Of a stretch of DNA of 64,000 nt, positions 1-10,314 are shown piece by piece. The translations under genes were made by a program, and so were the position numbers. The notes beneath the pieces are model-generated. The model saw nothing but the letters and a program-made list of their open reading frames with translations, made no database searches and was not told the DNA's origin. Position 1 is the first letter of the stretch. Each line of letters begins with the position of its first letter. The stretch is from the NCBI GenBank assembly GCA_002245135.1, contig NGBS01001172.1:1-64000 (forward strand), in the 5' to 3' direction. This DNA comes from Proteromonas lacertae (Eukaryota).

Positions 1-258
1 TCTATTGCTTTTCTAACTCTTCTTTAGACACTGTGTAGCTAATCTCTTACTCTCTAAACGATTCATCAATTCAAGCACTTGTTCATCCAAACCTAAATTG
101 TATCTTCATTGAGCTTCTTACAAGTTACTATTATATTCTGCTTCTTTAATGCGTTTTGGTACTCCAAACTACCATCATCTTTGTGATTGATATATGTGCT
201 GCATAATTCGAACCATGTCAAATGCTGCTTCTGCATTTTCTTTTAACATCATTTCCAT
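1..258 (-). pseudogene. Fragmented orphan ORF of the outer element
   Basis: ATG at 258 (MEMMLKENAEAAFDMVRI...); protein-like sequence continues only by switching frames. Confidence 0.3.
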
Positions 259-351
259 TGTTATTTGATACTATATAACGAAAAATAAAAGAAATACCGA
301 ATTTATTCGTTTCGCGATCTTGGCATTTTCGTTATTATTTTTTAAGAATTC

Positions 352-786
352 ATGAAGTATTGTTTTAGCCATGGTGACCAAACTTTTTTGGATTCGAGAA
401 GTATAGTGACGAGTGTAGATGGAAGATATATATTCCAAAAGAAGCTAAAGATATAATATGGTTCTCATCATCAAATATCAAAGCACCTTTGGTAATAAAT
501 TATGGCCAGGCTGTAGAAGATAGATATAGCGTGGTTGTCCTACAATTTCACCTATTCCCAACCATGGATTTTACGAGATCTTCATTCCATCAAGATACAA
601 ACCAATTATTGTATCTACAATTGAAAGGAGTTTTTATTACACAATGTGTTGTATCTTGCAAGAGGTCAAACAAAAACAGAGAAGAATCAAAAAGTAATTA
701 ATGCAAAGACAATTGTTGCTCCACCCAGAAAACAAGTTAATAGCTATGATGTTGCTTGGTTGTTAGAACAGCTTAAAATTAATTAA
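352..786 (+). pseudogene. Fragmented orphan ORF of the outer element
   Basis: Protein-like pieces in alternating frames (CRWKIYIPKEAKDIIWFS / GFYEIFIPSRYKPIIVSTIERSF / NSYDVAWLLEQLKIN); includes the tracked ORF 489-701. Confidence 0.3.
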
Positions 787-2082
787 TTAATTACACAATT
801 GTATTATCACCTTTTCTGATTCGAGGTCTTTCCAAATATGTCTGAAATTTGTTTCAGGATCCCTTCTAGCTACTAATTGAAGTTCATAGTGCTTAAACCT
901 ATATCGAGACACATCTTCATCCCAATTTCCATTTGTATCTCCTAACATATAAGAGTATCTGTTCTTCTTTATAATACGATATATCTTATCTGACCAATAA
1001 GTGTTTTTATCCATAGGTCTTCTTCTCTCTTTAAATCGAACTAAATCTCCTACTTGAAAATGAACTTTTAATCTTTGTTCATTATTAAAATTGTATTTGA
1101 TTGATTCCATTAACATTCTGTTTTGTAGTTTAGGACTATTGTATACTTCATTAGGTGTAAAATCTCTCAAACTTGATAATGGTTTGTTGTTATAGTCATT
1201 CACAGCTTGTTGTACAATATCATTGAAACGTGCTAACCACTTTTGATCGATGATTTCTCTTCTGTCCGTCGATCAATATTAGCTTGAAACTCTGGTGCTT
1301 CTATTCCTAAGTCTATCAAGTGTTTATATAATAGTTTCTTTATTACACTTACCAGATTTATCTAATATAGCTTCTATTCTATGTTCATTAGGTGCTTTTT
1401 GATAGAATGTTATTCCTTCCTTATCACAGAACTCTTTAACTACACTAAAACCACTTTCTAAATCAGCTAAAATACTTACAACACGTCTTTTTGATACTAT
1501 TTCAGAACCATCTTCATTTGTTTTAAAATACCATGCATTAAAAGCTCTCATTATATCTTCAGCTTTATTGCTTGACATTGGTATCACCCATACTTTTCTA
1601 GAGTTTATTTCTATTATATATAAATGATATAATTGAGGTAAGAAAAAGACAATATCTAATTGAAAATAGCCTGGTTTCTTAACAGTTGCAAAAGGTAAAT
1701 CTTTATTGTACTTGAAATCAACTACTTGACGACCTGGTTTACGTCTAAGATACTCTCTAACAACATCATAAGGAGGTGGAACTTCATTCTTTCCAATAGC
1801 TTCTTGAGTTAATTTAATAAACTGTTTTTCACTTAAATAATAATACTGTTCATAAAGTCTATCTAAATATTCTCTATACTGCTCGATTTGTCTTGACATT
1901 TCATCATCATCATACGGATCCGCTCTTGTAAAATTCTGTAATGGCGGTGGTGCATTGTTAAAATTGCTCGTAAGGTTTGATTGGTTTGTTTGATTAACAA
2001 ACTTATATCCTGGTGGTAGTTCTTGAGTTGCATTTGCATCTGACTTAGTGTAAGGCTGATTATAATAAGAATTAGTAAGCAT
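787..2082 (-). pseudogene. Retroviral-like (rve) integrase of Maverick type, split by two frameshifts
   Basis: Core motifs GYFQLDIVF, IEINSRKVW, ILADLESGF and EHRIEAILDK. After a shift at ~1352 it reads VSVIKKLLYKH, and after a second shift at ~1265 it reads KWLARFNDIVQQAVNDYNNK...TPNEV...FQVGDLVR (integrase C-terminal and SH3-like region in ORF 787-1203). Confidence 0.8.
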
Positions 2083-2141
2083 AAGAAGAAAAACACAAAA
2101 GTAAAGGCATACACAAATATATTGAATATATCCATTTTATT

Positions 2142-5100
2142 CTAATTAATGCTATTTTCATCAATATTAATAACATTATTATTATTATTATTATTATCTA
2201 CAATATCTGTAAACATTGGTGGTGGTGGACGACTTATAGTATAAGGAATTGAAGTTAAAACATTCAAGTAAAATCTCTTTATATCAAAGATTGTAAAAGC
2301 TAACTTTGGTTGTTTAACTGTGTATACTACTTGTTTTGCACTTCTGAAACTATATTGATTAACATAAACTTTACTTAGTTCTTTACTTTCTAAGATATTC
2401 TTGTAGTAATCATAGTCACAAGTCTTTATTCTGAAACCTTTAGTTACGCCTTTTGCTCTGCTATCAGACACCTTTAAGTGCGTAAATCCATCCACTCTTT
2501 GCTTCTCATAAGCATACATCTTTGCTTTCAATCCACAGAATTTTGTTATTGTATATAATTGATCACTTTTGTTCTCTTCCATTTTAAGTAAATTCAGTTC
2601 ACCTGTTCTTTGATAGTTCTGATAACGAATGCCTCTCTCTTTAAGATAATCACAATTAATATTACCAGTATCCATGCAACCTTGTAGACTTAAATCATTA
2701 GCAATATCTTTGTATATATCATCTGTCCATACCATAAAGATAAAAGAGTCTGTATCTGTCATTAATAAACGCAATCCTTGTTTATACTTTTGATATAATT
2801 GTCCATACCAAAACTTTGCCATAAGATACTTTGATTGACAAAGAATGGACATTCCAATATAGCTTGGCTTATCTATTGCACACTTGTATTTTTTAAACTT
2901 ACACACTCTCAAGTCACAACCATCAATTGAAACAAAACCAGTAAAGTATGGATTGCTAACACATTTGAGGAATTGGTCCTCATTATTAACTAGTCTGCTT
3001 CTACATCTATTCTCAGTATTCTCACATGTCTTACCATATGTACTATTCAGGATTAGTTTAAACATATCAGCTTCTGCATCTCGATGAAACTTCTTTGCAT
3101 CTTTTCTTAATAGATGACATTGCATAACAAATTCATACGCATAATCTGTTTCACAAAAACTAATTACTCTCCATACTTTGGTTACTTTATATCCTAACTT
3201 CACAGCATAGTTTAGATATTGATAATGAACAACATAATGATACTTGTTGGATAAATCACATATTATTCTTGCTGTATTATTCTTCAATACTTCTTTGCCA
3301 GACTTTTTGTTGACAGATACTAATCCTAATTCTCTGGCCCATTGCTTCTGTGTTGGTGACAAATCTTCATATAATATTATCTTTCTTTCAGGAAATAAAG
3401 GATACTCTGAAAACTTGCCATTTGTATTATCTGGAGGTTCTATATCAACTTCTAAAATATAACCTCTGCTCTCTGGATCCTTCCACAGCTTCTGATCTTC
3501 TACCATAAATGATCTTTTTAAATCCTCATAAGGTTTTAATTTTGTTATAACATTATCATAAATTAATTGAGGATTTGGTTCCCATTGAAAGTCTTTATAG
3601 GGTAATTTCATTGATGCCATTGTAGAAGGATATAGAGAATTATAATCTACATACATAATATATGTTTCTTGTTTTGGTGGATGAGAAGTATGATCTGAAA
3701 AGTATGGAGGATCCATGTAATGATTTTTAGCTTCTGCTTTTCTCGTAGATCCAATCATTGAAATTCCACCAATAAGACCTTTTCTCATAAAGTCATACTT
3801 GTCTTGATCTGATATTAGTTCAATATCCACTTTGGATTTTTTAAGGAATATACTCCAGGCTAAACCAGGACATGATACATGCCAGCATGGATCTAATGTA
3901 AACGTTCTAAATACAACATTCCTAAAGTGATCGAATACACTAGATAATGTAAGAACATCAATTGCTAAATAAAACATATTGTAATCCATCAAGTTTTTAC
4001 ATTTCAATAGAGTCCAGAGAGCTTGAGATGATTCATAATCATAATCAGAAATACCTTCATTCTGTTTTAATTGAGACTTAAAATCTTCTTTTCTAGGTAA
4101 TTTATCAGTAAGGTATAACTTTTGAATACTATCTACGTATTCGTAGGGGAAATGACCTTTCTGTAAACCCCACTTAGCTATAAAATCATCTACTGTCCAG
4201 TTTCTCTCTTTTAAACAATCATTTATCTCTTTTGTTTGTGTTACATATTGATAAACTGGTTTAAAGAGTACTTTATGATTAGCATGTGCATCAGCTTCGA
4301 CTTTCAATGACTTTACTAATGAATCTAATGATGCTGGCATAAATTGACAACTATCTATAAAGTGTAACTTCATGAACTTGATAAGTAAAAACTTATTATC
4401 AGTTTTTAACAATACAGATAGTTTTGAATGATATTTCTTCTTTCTTGGTGTTGGTTGTTGTTGTTGTTCAGTTGTTGTTGAATTAAGTTGCGAAACAATA
4501 ATATTTCCCATCTCTTCTTCTAATCCAATATCTTCTGCTGTTCTTGGTGATATGTAATGATCTCTACTATGTAACATATAATACAACTCATTAAATGCTT
4601 CTTCATTTGCTGGATCATTTTCATCAACTATTTCAATTGCATTTGGTGGTATTTCTGGTAATGGCAAATCAGAATCAGTATCTTCTTCTGTTTCTGCATC
4701 TTCTTCATCATTATCAACTGTTTTTGCTACTTGTTCTTGTTTCTTTTCTTCTTCAATACCTCTATTGTATTCAGCTAATCTATCAGCAATTGGTTCAGGT
4801 TCAGGCTCAGGTTCAGGTATTGGTAATTGTATAATTTCATTATCTTCTTCTTCATCATCATCATCATCATTTGGAATAGGAATATTATTATCATTGTACC
4901 ATTTTGCTTCCATTTCTTTATCCAACTTTGATAATCCACGTATTATAAAGTTATTGTCATAGTTTTTACTGTTGTGTGCCAAACATGGTATAGGCATATG
5001 TTGTAAACTACAATGCCAATTACAGTTTGAATATAAGGTTGCAATATACTTACCAGTAAAATGGTCATGGTGCCTTGTACGCCTTCTATTTCTGTCGTTT

Positions 5101-7087
5101 TCATTGAAGGGTGTATTGCACCACATACATTTATCGATATTTTTATGAGCTGGAATATAAGTGCTTTCATCTAATGGTTTCAATTCACCACTTTTATAAT
5201 CTTCATACTTCTTCAATACATAATCTTGAATCTCAACAAACTTCTTTACTAGTTGCATCTCCAAATCTTGTGGATCTTGCTGCAATTCCAGTTTTCCGAA
5301 GAATGTTTCTTCGCTGATGATTTCAGGGTACCTGGAACTTAAGTGAATGCACCAACTGCTGAGGATATGTTTTTTAAACGCTCCTTTGGCTCCAGGTATT
5401 ACTTCAGAAGGATCTATTGGTACTTGTATAACTTCTGTATCCCAGTATAATACTACAGGAATCATTTGTTGGTATTTGAAATTATGAAACTTGATGAAAG
5501 TATCTGGAGGTGGAAATTGACGAATAATTCCTTTTTGTAATTGACAATTCTCTTTCTGATGTTGAATTATCATATCAGCTGTTGATAAAGTACAGAAACA
5601 ATACTGGCATCTGGTATAATAATTATGATACCTTTTACCAGAAGGTGATAGGAAGGCTTCTAACTTTGTTATTACCATATAATGATCTTTGTATATTAAC
5701 AAGTTCACATGAGGCCAGTGTTTTCTTTTATCTATGTTGGTAACGTATAAAGGTATTGGTTCATTCTGGTCTATTGTAAATATATTGATAGTAATATGAT
5801 TCAGCTGTTCAAACTCATCAATTCTGTTGCTATCATTAATTGCATCTACTGGAAACCTTAAACTACTTACATCCATTAAATCTACATACTGTTTGTATTT
5901 CATTGCTCTGTTACGGTGGTCTTTGAACTCTACATAGTGTAAACCGGCTGCCACGCTAAATAAAAAGCACATATTCTTACATTCTTCACTATATCTTACT
6001 AAATTAATAACGCACTTTCTATTGTTGAGGCTTGCTGGTAACTTTATGTTGTCATCTTCTGTAGATGATCCAGCAGCCATTGAACTTTTCATCAGTATCA
6101 TCTCTACTTTCTTAATATATCTGAACTTTAGTTCAGATCTTTCAGTGTTGAAAATTGAACCTAAATCTCGAATCATGGCATTGTTTAACTTTGAACCAAT
6201 TGTACCTAACTCTTGAGAAGTTATGATTTCTGGCGCTGTTTCGAATGTTTTGTAACAACTTACTTGTGCATTGGCTGGTTCATCGGATCCTATATAACCT
6301 ACTCTGAATCTGAAATAAACTTTTATATAAGAAAATTTCTTCTCATTTATGTAGTTACGTATGGTAACCATAAAATCACTTGATGCATTGCAGATTTGGG
6401 TAAACAAATCCTCAGGTTTCTTTCCATCTTCTTCATTTATAATCTTCTCGTAGGTACGTTCGTAGTCTCTACTACTTCTCTCTACAAGTTGTAACAAACT
6501 AACTCTTTCAGGATGTGACATTGTTTTCAACTGCCCTGGATGATTATCAACAACATCCAGAGCAATCATTTCTTCCTGTAGCTGCCTTCTTCTTTCAACA
6601 TCTGTAGTTGATTGAGGATGTATTTCAGGAATTGGTCCATCATTAATTGGTGAAAGTGTTGGTGGATCTTCAGGAGGAGGTGTATCTGGCAATAAATCAT
6701 CTGGGATTTCTGATAATCGCTTGTATTTTTGGATGGTGGAGGAGGTGGCTGATCAATTACAATTGAAGATGTTGTTCTTCTTCTTGGTGTTATGAAACTA
6801 GTTTCATTAGTACTTCTAGTAGTGTTTGATTGTTGTTGTTGTTGTTGCTGCTGCTGCTGCTGAGGTTGTTGTAGATGTTGATTTAATGATCCTACATAAT
6901 ATGGTGGAGGATAGTAATAGGATGGTGGTGGGATAGCTGGAGTAAAATAAGGGTTCATCCAGGGATTAAAATAACTTTGTGGCAACATTGGAATCTGATT
7001 TGCTTGACTATTGCCTTGAATAGGCATAGAAGTACTTGGAGACTGGTAATACCACGGATTAAACCAAGGAGGATAGCTGGGATACAT
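2142..7087 (-). CDS. Protein-primed DNA polymerase B (Polinton-type) with OTU-like protease region, Zn finger and endonuclease VII-like insertion; probable frameshift near the N-terminus
   Basis: ExoI YWDTE, ExoII HNSKNYD, PolA YVDYNSLYP, PolB KLILNSTYGK, PolC MTDTDS, KxY KAKMY, and CMWC...HHDHFTGKY. The tracked ORF starts at TTG (6692); adding one base to the T5 run at 6726-6730 fuses it to the P/Q-rich ORF starting at ATG 7087. Confidence 0.9.
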
Positions 7088-7283
7088 TAGAACCTATAAA
7101 ACGAGAAAGATATAAATATACCCAATAAAATAACTCCAAATGTATTAATATGATTTGCTAATTGAAATTCCTTGATAATCAAGGAGTTGTAATAATATAG
7201 TTAATTTTTTTTTCTTTGATTATCAAAGAAATAATTAACTTTACTTTTAATTTATTGTTTTTTTGATTTTTTACTATATTAAA

Positions 7284-7698
7284 ATGCGTCATTTTGTTTA
7301 TCAGAGAGATATAACAATGGTTCAAGAAGAAATACCATTTTGGATCAAAGTTTTTAATAGCATTAGAGAATTAGCATTAAATGGATATACAGAAATTCAT
7401 TTCTTATAGTTATTTAGAAGAGAGCATAGCTAATCTAGCAAAGTTAAAAGCTATACTAGACAAAGTCAAGCATTATTATACTAATCAGTATGCAACGAAA
7501 AAAAGATTGGAAATTATCACATATTTAGATAATATTAGAAAAGATGGTAATAGATTTAAGAAAGAATTAATTGAGAATAATCAATTATTTATTGATAACA
7601 AATTAGATTACGCAGTTAATGGATTACTATCTTTATTATGTGATGCTTTAGCAGCTAGAGTGAAAATGGATGCAGATATCAAAAAAAGAAGTAAGTAA
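7284..7698 (+). CDS. Hypothetical helical protein of the outer element, probably frameshifted near 7400
   Basis: ATG 7284 frame (MRHFVYQRD...GYTEIHF) overlaps tracked ORF 7381-7698 in another frame. Confidence 0.35.
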
Positions 7699-7819
7699 TT
7701 ATGAATTTATCTAATTATGATTAAATAATTATATATTTTAAATACTAATACAGAGATTAATTAAAATAAAAAGAAGACTGTGTGTTTTTAAGGGTTTATT
7801 TAAAATAACATAAAAAATC

Positions 7820-7937
7820 CATAACCGATTCTTCTTACCCTTTCTTTTTTTCACTTCCTTACTTAGGGAAAGTGAAGTCGATCACTTTTCTCTAGGTAAA
7901 TAAGTGAAAAAAGAAAGGGAAAGTAAAATCGATTATG
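7820..7937. repeat. Imperfect inverted repeat with ~55-bp arms
   Basis: CATAACCGATT...CCCTTTCTTTTTTTCACTT...AAAGTGA pairs with TCACTTTT...AAGTGAAAAAAGAAAGGG...AATCGATTATG; GGGAAAGTGAAAAC direct repeats follow. Confidence 0.75.
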
Positions 7938-8074
7938 AAATCCGCATTTCAAAAACTAAATGAGTAAAAGAAAAGGGAAAGTGAAAACAAGGGAAAGTGA
8001 AAACGAGTCTTAGGTGGTGTATATGGCCTTCCTAAGCTTTATATCAGTCTCTATAACATAATTGAACAAATGTT

Positions 8075-8162
8075 TACAACGGACGGCAGTTACACCGTCA
8101 GTTACACGTCAGTTATGTAACTGACATGTAACGGATTCATAACGACCGTTAAAACCGTTGTA
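8075..8162. repeat. Palindrome with tandem CAGTTA iterons
   Basis: Core GTTACACGTCAGTTA-TG-TAACTGACATGTAAC (8101-8132, 1 mismatch) with outer arms TACAACGG/CCGTTGTA. Confidence 0.7.
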
Positions 8163-8264
8163 CAAATGAACGGTTATTGAATAAAATGAAAAATAAGAAA
8201 AATGAAACGAATATATGAATTTTAGCCTCGGGTCCAGCGTCAAGCCATTTTGGGTCTGTAGCCC

Positions 8265-8534
8265 TTAATATATATTATTATAAGTAAATGGAATAGCAGA
8301 AACAATAGCAGTTTTACCTAAAGCTCTATTTATTACAGGTTCTGGTTCATTTAATATTTCAGCGATTTCTGCTGGACAATATCTATGATATAACCATACT
8401 ACAATCTTTTTAACTTTATAAAAAATCCATAATAACATACATACAAAAAATATAAGACCTTCTTGCTTTAGACTTGTTAATGTATCATTCATATCTTTAA
8501 GCATAGTTGAATATTGTGTATTATTAAATGACAT
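8265..8534 (-). CDS. Small single-pass membrane protein (89 aa) of the outer element
   Basis: ATG-started ORF with one hydrophobic stretch (GLIFFVCMLLWIFY) followed by basic residues. Confidence 0.45.
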   Translation of the reverse strand: MSFNNTQYSTMLKDMNDTLTSLKQEGLIFFVCMLLWIFYKVKKIVVWLYHRYCPAEIAEILNEPEPVINRALGKTAIVSAIPFTYNNIY

Positions 8535-8599
8535 TTTATGTGAAATTATTTATATATAAAAAACGCATAGAAATATAAAAATGAATTTTAAACCCAAAG

Positions 8600-8994
8600 T
8601 TAATTAATTATACAAGTAGGTGATGTAGTTAGATCTACTGTAGCTACCCCCGCGATAGAACTTGTAGATGTTTCTACTTTAGCAATCTCTACCTTTGGTC
8701 GACCCTCGGCAGTGGAACTATTCTCTACTTTACGCTTCTTATCTTCTCCGCTATTATCACTTCCTTTCTTTACTTCTTCATATCTTCTCTTCTTCTTATT
8801 TCTACACTCAGTACATGATTTATAGAATACACCTTCACTCTTATAACCAAATTCATCATTAGCTTTCTTCTTACCACAAGTACTACATATCTAGCTACTT
8901 CACTTTCAATGATTGCATTGATTCTTTCAAATTCTTCATCTTCACGCTTATTTCTATCTTCTATATTAACATTCTCGATCCAAATTCTTTACAT
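8600..8994 (-). pseudogene. Disrupted C4 zinc-ribbon protein
   Basis: Untracked frame reads ICSTCGKKKANDEFGYKSEGVFYKSCTECRNKKKRR...CIIN*. The upstream part has a stop at codon 2 (ATG TAA) and a frameshift near 8890. Confidence 0.5.
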
Positions 8995-9214
8995 TTGAAT
9001 ATAGTAGTAAATAGTTCAATATTATCAGGATATATAAATATAATAGGTAAAATAAAATATGAGATATATTTTTTTCAATTGCAAAGAAGAACACCGATAT
9101 AGTGTGTTATATTTGAGCATTTGCTTATTGAATGATATTTTAGACTAATAACAACAAAAAATCAACAACTTAAAACAAAAATTATAAGGATAAAAAAAGA
9201 TTCATAAATTAGTT

Positions 9215-9220
9215 TTGGTA
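9215..9220 (+). repeat. Left 6-bp target-site duplication TTGGTA
   Basis: Identical to 17223-17228 and directly abuts the left TIR. Confidence 0.85.
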
Positions 9221-9382
9221 TATATAGTATATAAATGGGACTCTGGCATATTGTGCCATAGTCCCATTTACGTAAGGTTCCTACGGGATTCCTCCTAACG
9301 GGGTCTACTTCTCAACAGAGTCTACTTCCCTGCGGGAACTCCTGGAAGCTATCTAGAAGTGTTGGTTACCTCGGGATGATGA
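9221..9382. repeat. Left TIR (162 bp) containing a hairpin with 17-bp arms at 9232-9270
   Basis: Aligns to the reverse complement of 16827-17222 apart from a 164-bp and a 70-bp gap. Confidence 0.85.
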
Positions 9383-9760
9383 AGCTATGTTTTCTATTAC
9401 CCCCCTTACAAAGACTAGAGAATGAATGTAGGAGGTTGATTATCTTAAGATCATTTACTTTGGCTTCTTGGGGGTGTTGGTTAAGCATTGTCCTCGGTAA
9501 AGTCTTCCTCCGGTGATTCCTCATCCTTCTCAGAGAAGGAGGAGGAATCGTCAGAGGAAGACTCCTTGCTATTGTTAAGTCTACGTCTCTTATCCTTCAA
9601 GTAGCTTCCTAGAGATGCTTTTCTCTTAATTGAATTGCCTACAAGGTACACTTCGTTCTCTTGCTAAGCACCTCACCAAAGACTACATCGGTAAGTAAAG
9701 TACCTGGGTTATGTTTATAAGCTAGTTACCGATACAATGGCAACTCCAAGGAAGTTCTTG

Positions 9761-10162
9761 TTATGGTAAGATGAGTACCTCGTGACACTTGAGATCAACT
9801 TCTTCATCTATCTGTAATCGATCCATTGCATACTCCAACTCCAGGTCATTGAGTCGATGCCTTAAGTCTCTTATCATTGCATCTTGTCCAAGACAACTCT
9901 CCATGTTAATCTTCTTGCAAGTGTCCAAGAGGTTGTAAGCCTTTCCGAAGCTACTACTGATGATCTCGTCTTTACAATAACGAGAGATTGCTTCATCGTA
10001 GAGTATACGTGCTTCTCCACTGACCAGGGAATGATAGATCTGCTCGGCCCTGTTCATCCACATCTCTAACACTAGCCTTTCATTCTCTGATGGTAACTTC
10101 GGGTAGTTGTTATCACTTGGGCAATCTACGGTCTGGAGTAAGCTGTTACCGATGGCTTCCAT
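9761..10162 (-). CDS. Orphan protein of the inner element (133 aa); may extend to a stop at 9481
   Basis: ATG-started ORF with the element's codon style; a downstream frame reads ...KDKRRRLNNSKESSSDDSSSFSEKDEESPEEDFTEDNA*. Confidence 0.55.
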   Translation of the reverse strand: MEAIGNSLLQTVDCPSDNNYPKLPSENERLVLEMWMNRAEQIYHSLVSGEARILYDEAISRYCKDEIISSSFGKAYNLLDTCKKINMESCLGQDAMIRDLRHRLNDLELEYAMDRLQIDEEVDLKCHEVLILP

Positions 10163-10314
10163 TGATAAGTAATTGCGAGTGATTGTAAGTAGCTCTTAGA
10201 ATGATAAGGAAAAGACCAACTAGCTATCTCCGATGATTCTTACTCCAGTGACTTTACAAGTACCCTAAACACACGTTGATAGTAAAAGCTATGAGCTTAT
10301 GCGTGTTACTGATC

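Larger units (their letters stand above)
1..9214 (-). mobile_element. Partial Maverick/Polinton-like element (outer element); left end outside the window, right end not defined
   Basis: Co-oriented rve integrase and pPolB, intron-free small orphan ORFs and palindromic non-coding DNA. No capsid, ATPase or protease gene is visible inside the window. Confidence 0.75.

Noticed and set aside
1..258. Apparent run of C-to-T-derived stop codons suggesting RIP-like hypermutation or an alternative genetic code
   Set aside because: Another frame reads through the same stretch (TYINHKDDGSLEYQNALKKQ...), so frameshifts explain it more simply. Genes elsewhere in the window end normally in TAA, TAG or TGA.
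1313..1352. GTAAGT...TAG as an intron repairing the integrase
   Set aside because: It would delete the conserved IKKLLYK helix, and a second frameshift would still remain.
4430..4925. Intein in the outer pPolB
   Set aside because: No Cys/Ser start, no His-Asn end and no homing-endonuclease motif; the insert is low-complexity.
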